From Minisyncoccota bacterium (GTDB lineage Bacteria; Patescibacteriota; Minisyncoccia; Phycocordibacterales; SBAW01), in assembly GCA_035549255.1 (NCBI GenBank), contig DASZRD010000007.1, forward strand, positions 65,104-129,103: a DNA stretch of 64,000 bases, given 5' to 3'. Below, one piece after another: positions 59,846 to 64,000 of the stretch (positions within the stretch are counted from its first letter, which is position 1; each line of letters starts with the position of its first letter). The notes under the pieces are model-generated. The model saw only the letters and a list, made by a program, of their open reading frames with translations, was not told where the DNA came from and did not search any database. The position numbers were made by a program, and so were the translations under genes.

Positions 59846-61144
59846 TTATTGTGTCGGGAGAAGATGTGAAAGCGATTGGCCTGCTTCCTCGATCGCCGTC
59901 GCAGGCGTCGAGGCTCCGCTCACCACCGATTCTATCATGGTCTCGAAGATGCTATCAGAATCGGCGGGCGAAGGATCAAGCCAGCTCTGCGAGATGAGCG
60001 CCGACTGCACGAAGACGGCCGCGGCCGCGGAACCCGAGGTATCGACAGCAACGTCGCGGCGCACCGGCGGGAGGCTGAGCGCGCCGGCGATAAGGCCGAC
60101 CGCGCTCTTGGCCGAGAGCTTCTGCGCGATCGCGAGCGCGCCCTGCACGTTCTTGGCGCTGCGCGCGATCGCGAGGCCTACGACCCGGCCGAAGGTTACC
60201 TGCGAGGAGTTGCCGGCGATCTGCGGCAGAGGCGCGACGCCGAAGCGCAAGTTGGGGTTCGCTTGCGCCAAGCTGCCGTACTCGCTCGCGAAGCCGAAAT
60301 ACATGGCGACGTCTCCCGCGGCAAAGGCGTCCGATGCCGACGGGAGCGAGCGATTCCATGAATAGCTGGTCTTGGTGGGATTGGCGAACTCGGTATAGAA
60401 GCGCAGCGCTGACTCGGCGGGGTTGTCGGTCTGATTCTGCGCCCCGAGGCTAAGCGTCACCACCGGAGCGCCCCCGCTGTTGCGGGCAACGATCGTATCG
60501 CCCACTTGCATGAATAGCGCCGCGAGTATGGCCTTGGCGTCGGGAATATTCCCCCACTCGCCGAGCGCAACGGCGCTTCTCTGCACCGCCGAGCGGTTGT
60601 CGAGCGCGGTGATCTTGGGCGCGAGCGTCAAAAGGTCGTTCCAGGCCGAGGGCGGCGAGGCCACTCCCGCCGAAGCGAAGAGGTCGCGGTTGTAGTACAT
60701 GACCAAGGGGTCGATGGTAAACGGCAGCGCGAGCGTGCCTTGCGAAGTGAGAAAGACGTCGCCCGCATCCACGAACGAGGATTGGTACGCGCCCTGGGAG
60801 ACAATGCTGTAGGGTATGGTGAGCACTTTGTCCGAGAATGACAGCGTGTCTTCGCCGGGCATGAGGAAGAGGTCGGGGCCCGTGCCGGCAGCCATCGCGT
60901 TGATAAGGTCCTGCTCGTAGGTAGCCGGGCTCTTCTGAACGTAACTTACACTTTGAAAAGATTTGTCTTGCCCCTCGAGCGTATCAAGCAGGCCTTGCAT
61001 GGTCTGGCGGTCAAGCGTGCCCCAGATGACGACCGGGCCGACGCCTTTGGTACCCAGCACGCCGCCGAACGCGGCAAAGACGCCGATGCCGATAAGAATA
61101 AGCGAAGAAAATATTCCAAGAACGATTATCTGGAACGTGGACAT
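59846..61144 (-). CDS. membrane-anchored extracellular solute-binding protein (ABC-type SBP family 1-like), no adjacent permease or ATPase
   Basis: 432 aa with an N-terminal TM helix and an SBP_bac_1-like fold signature (...PDLFLMPGEDTLSF...). Confidence 0.6.
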   Translation of the reverse strand: MSTFQIIVLGIFSSLILIGIGVFAAFGGVLGTKGVGPVVIWGTLDRQTMQGLLDTLEGQDKSFQSVSYVQKSPATYEQDLINAMAAGTGPDLFLMPGEDTLSFSDKVLTIPYSIVSQGAYQSSFVDAGDVFLTSQGTLALPFTIDPLVMYYNRDLFASAGVASPPSAWNDLLTLAPKITALDNRSAVQRSAVALGEWGNIPDAKAILAALFMQVGDTIVARNSGGAPVVTLSLGAQNQTDNPAESALRFYTEFANPTKTSYSWNRSLPSASDAFAAGDVAMYFGFASEYGSLAQANPNLRFGVAPLPQIAGNSSQVTFGRVVGLAIARSAKNVQGALAIAQKLSAKSAVGLIAGALSLPPVRRDVAVDTSGSAAAAVFVQSALISQSWLDPSPADSDSIFETMIESVVSGASTPATAIEEAGQSLSHLLPTQ

Positions 61145-61173
61145 GGCCAGGGTTTACTTCATCATGCCCCCAA

Positions 61174-61719
61174 TCAGGCTTTTTTGCGAACGACAAATCC
61201 CCAATGATAGCCGCCGGCATGGAGCGCGCCCAGCGTGTCGAAGCCGTGCGACTCGAGGAGCTTCTTCCCGGCCTGGGCATCGAGCACATGGTCGGAGTGC
61301 GGCCCCATGCCGCCGAAGGAGCCTTGCCAGTCGATGACGACGCCGCGGCCGGTCTTCTTCATGATGCGGCGCATCTCGGCCAGCGCCTCGCCGCGCTCCT
61401 TGAGCATGAACAGCACGTTGGCGAGTATGACCATGTCGAAGTGGTTCTCGGGGAGCGGCGTGCCGCCGATCGCCTCGATATCGCCGCGGATAACCTCGAC
61501 GTTGGCGAGCCCCTCGGCGCTCGCGAGATTCTTGATCCTCGGCAGCAGGTCGCGATTGATATCAACCGCCCAGACCACCCCGCCTTCGCCCACTTCGCGG
61601 GCCGCCGCGCGGGTAAAAAAGCCCGACCCGGCGCCCAAGTCGGCTACCTGCATGCCCTCGTGAATGCCCGCCGCGCGCAGCGCGGCGGCCGGATGCAAAA
61701 AAGCGGTGGATTCCACCAC
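61174..61719 (-). CDS. class I SAM-dependent methyltransferase
   Basis: Motif I VADLGAGSGFF, with further methyltransferase motifs. Confidence 0.8.
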   Translation of the reverse strand: MVESTAFLHPAAALRAAGIHEGMQVADLGAGSGFFTRAAAREVGEGGVVWAVDINRDLLPRIKNLASAEGLANVEVIRGDIEAIGGTPLPENHFDMVILANVLFMLKERGEALAEMRRIMKKTGRGVVIDWQGSFGGMGPHSDHVLDAQAGKKLLESHGFDTLGALHAGGYHWGFVVRKKA

Positions 61720-61966
61720 TTTAGTTTATCACCAAAATTCCGCAAACCTCGCTAACCCAGGAGGAACGAGCCGACGCACGCATAGCCGACCACCACAACC
61801 GCCGTCAGCACAATGAGGCTGATCTCGGCGCCGTAACTATCCTTAACTTTGCGTATCTTGGCTTTCATACTCGCAGTGACGGTATACGAGTGAAAACCTT
61901 ACAACGGTGCAAAAAGAAACCGCCGGCGCGTCATGGACGCGCCGGCGGCTGGTAGCGAGCGGGGTA

Positions 61967-62146
61967 TTACCACGACCCCAAGAAACGCGGCGGGTAGGCG
62001 CGTTTGGCAGCCTCGACCTGCCGTTTGCGCGCATGCTGCCGTTGAGCCTCCTCGGCGGCCCGCCGCTCTTCGTGAGAGACGGTTACGACCATTCGGTCGC
62101 CGCGGCGGCGCGCCTTGGCGCGCAGCTTCTGCTTGCGTGTGGACAT
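61967..62146 (-). CDS. small basic hypothetical protein (59 aa)
   Basis: An AGGAGG SD sits 6 nt upstream of the MSTRKQKL start. Confidence 0.45.
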   Translation of the reverse strand: MSTRKQKLRAKARRRGDRMVVTVSHEERRAAEEAQRQHARKRQVEAAKRAYPPRFLGSW

Positions 62147-62233
62147 AGAACCTCCTGCTGCTTGCTCCAAGAATCAAAATAACACATAAATTTTTTAACG
62201 CAATACCCGCCGCGTTAAGCGGCGGGTCGTGGC

Positions 62234-62440
62234 TCATTTCAAGCGATCGAAACCGATCGTCCTTCCCAGCAGCTGCCGGGTAGCCTCATCAAGGCGCCAC
62301 AGGGGCACCCTAGTGTAGAATTGCGGATCGCTCATGGCCGTCCTGGCCAATGCCGACGGCCGGGCCTCCGGCTTGCCTGACGGCCGATCCTCGTTGTTGA
62401 TCGGAAAGTCGTAATCGTCGAAGTCCCTTCTCTCTGCCAT
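62234..62440 (-). CDS. hypothetical small protein (68 aa)
   Basis: A GGGAGGAA SD lies upstream of the ATG. Confidence 0.4.
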   Translation of the reverse strand: MAERRDFDDYDFPINNEDRPSGKPEARPSALARTAMSDPQFYTRVPLWRLDEATRQLLGRTIGFDRLK

Positions 62441-62472
62441 AGGTTCCTCCCAGTGCCGCCCTCTGGCCGGAG

Positions 62473-62886
62473 TTATAGCACTTTCTCCCGAGCGGCGCGA
62501 GCATCCTTAAAAACATATGCTTCGATGCCGAGCGCGCAGGCGCCCTCGACGTTGACCGCTTTGTCGTCGAAAAATACGCACTCCTCGGCTTCAAGATCGT
62601 TCTCTTCGAGAATCTGTTCATAGGCTTGGCGGTCGGGCTTGGCAAAGCCAGTATCGGAAGAAAAATAGAGCTTGTCGAAGAGCGCGAGCGATGGGTACTT
62701 TTTAATAAAGTGCTGCGCGTTGTAGACGTAAATATTGGAGAGTAAGAAGAGCTTCACGCCTTGTGCCTTCAATTCTTTAACTAAAGCGACCGTCTCGCGG
62801 TCCTCGCGCTCGAAGATAAACCCGTTGCGGCGCAAGAGTACGCCATACATGTCGAATATCACCGCCTTTTTCATAGCAATCGGCAT
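62473..62886 (-). CDS. HAD-superfamily hydrolase (subfamily IA-like)
   Basis: DxYGV motif (VIFDMYGVLL), a LLSN motif and FFDD at motif IV. Confidence 0.75.
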   Translation of the reverse strand: MPIAMKKAVIFDMYGVLLRRNGFIFEREDRETVALVKELKAQGVKLFLLSNIYVYNAQHFIKKYPSLALFDKLYFSSDTGFAKPDRQAYEQILEENDLEAEECVFFDDKAVNVEGACALGIEAYVFKDARAAREKVL

Positions 62887-62944
62887 TTCAAAAATAGCAC
62901 AAAAAGAACCCCCGCCGCAGTCAGACTGCGGCGGGGTCTGCGGC

Positions 62945-63244
62945 CTACGGCCGGTTATGCTCCATGAGCTCCTCGAGCGTGTACCAACCCGCGAAGCTGA
63001 GGCACATCTGCACGGCGGTGAAGTGCCGGTTGGCCTTACCCCACTTCTGCGGGTCGCGAGCGAACTGCTTCACGCCCTCGCACAGGTAGTGCGCGTGGGT
63101 GAGCATCTCCGCCTTGTCGAGGGACGAGAAGCTGCACTTGGGGCTCATGCGAAGCGGAGGTATGTCGGCGGCGCGCAGGCGCGCCTCATACCCCTCGATA
63201 ATCGAGATCATCTTGTCGGGCGTCATGCGCTTCTCCTTTGCCAA
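62945..63244 (-). CDS. hypothetical protein (99 aa)
   Basis: ORF only. Confidence 0.35.
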   Translation of the reverse strand: MAKEKRMTPDKMISIIEGYEARLRAADIPPLRMSPKCSFSSLDKAEMLTHAHYLCEGVKQFARDPQKWGKANRHFTAVQMCLSFAGWYTLEELMEHNRP

Positions 63245-63320
63245 GAACAGGTTCCAAAAAGGTTATAGCATACCTGCAAAAATAAAACCCGCCGCGATCC
63301 AATCGCGGCGAGTTATGGCG

Positions 63321-63521
63321 CTACTCGAATTTCAATTTCCGCCCGGCGGCCTTCTCAATCATCGCCTTGACATCAGGCGTGATCTCGACCAGGGGTTCCA
63401 GCTTATTTTTCTTGATCCCTCTACGGAAGGCTTCTCTCCGCCATCTTCTGATGTCTTCTGGAGTAACTTTGACCGACCAGGGCGCCTGGCCAAATCGCGC
63501 CTTCCCAAATGGATAACTCAT
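63321..63521 (-). CDS. hypothetical small protein (66 aa)
   Basis: ORF only. Confidence 0.3.
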   Translation of the reverse strand: MSYPFGKARFGQAPWSVKVTPEDIRRWRREAFRRGIKKNKLEPLVEITPDVKAMIEKAAGRKLKFE

Positions 63522-63594
63522 AGGGCTACCTCCTTTCTGTCTATCTAAAGTCTATATCTTCTTAAACTTAATGCCAATAAAGCACCCGCGGTTA

Positions 63595-63960
63595 TTATTT
63601 ATCGTCGAAATCTTTTGCGACTAAGAGATGTATATGAAAGTGTCCTGGAATAGATTTCTGCTTCTCGGTTGCTTCAATCATAAACTGATATGACCCTTGG
63701 ATATCATCGCTGTGTTTGATTGCAAGAAGTTCACTTTTTTCTTCCTCGGTAAGGCCAAGTTCATTGGTATGCCGTAGAGGCAGGAGCATCTCGTGCCTTT
63801 GAGCAATACGGTCGAACGGAAATTTATTATCTGTTATTTTCCAATACGTATACTTTTTGAGCGGTTCAGCCTCGCAGAGCGGGCAACCATGATCGAGCCC
63901 GCCCTGCTCGCGGTAATCCTTATACTTCTGCGTCATCTTGCGCGTGCGTAAGCTACCCAT
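63595..63960 (-). CDS. HIT (histidine triad)-like protein with an N-terminal CxxC
   Basis: C-terminal HFHIHLL (HxHxHxx triad) and an N-terminal CPLCE. Confidence 0.5.
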   Translation of the reverse strand: MGSLRTRKMTQKYKDYREQGGLDHGCPLCEAEPLKKYTYWKITDNKFPFDRIAQRHEMLLPLRHTNELGLTEEEKSELLAIKHSDDIQGSYQFMIEATEKQKSIPGHFHIHLLVAKDFDDK

Positions 63961-64000
63961 AAAGACAGTATATGAAGAAATAAATTATTCTCAAAATTAA

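Overview
This is a 64-kb, roughly 60% GC, gene-dense chromosomal segment, mostly housekeeping genes on both strands. CDS coordinates follow the supplied ORF track, with starts moved where homology or an RBS argued for it. tRNA, terminator and promoter coordinates were counted by hand and are only good to about ±2 nt.

Main content, in order:
- **Respiratory operon:** cyoABCDE (cytochrome o ubiquinol oxidase plus heme O synthase) on the minus strand.
- **DNA repair and replication:** uvrC, uvrA, uvrB, dprA, topA, a short dnaX, parB.
- **Translation and RNA modification:** tgt, miaA, dus, serS, a short infB, rbfA, rpmG.
- **Metabolism and stress:** ddl, pterin-4a-carbinolamine dehydratase, msrA, pyrF, pyrE, glmS, iscS, clpB, a P-type ATPase, and two RelA/SpoT-family genes (a small HD-only alarmone hydrolase and a 516-aa Rel).
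- **tRNA genes:** eleven (Pro, Val, Ala, Gln, Leu-CAA, Trp, Tyr, Cys, Leu-TAA, Lys, Leu-TAG). Most have no encoded CCA.
- **Accessory or unusual loci:**
  - a low-GC GIY-YIG (UPF0213/YhbQ-like) gene sitting between a truncated and an intact tRNA-Gln copy;
  - four tandem T4SS-pilin-like genes next to a membrane-anchored solute-binding protein;
  - a second pilin-like domain fused to a lysozyme-like domain;
  - a standalone UvrD-like helicase where secE-nusG would normally follow rpmG–tRNA-Trp;
  - an SPFH-like protein and membrane partner pair;
  - a 636-nt lower-GC non-coding gap between uvrB and uvrA.

The truncated universal proteins (IF-2 508 aa, UvrC 427 aa, DnaX 351 aa), weak SD signals, pilin-like arrays and many secreted or anchored hypotheticals suggest a reduced-genome, possibly Patescibacteria/CPR-like organism. 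That is an inference, not something shown directly. No rRNA, CRISPR array or transposase was seen. Most long ORFs antisense to known genes are high-GC artefacts.
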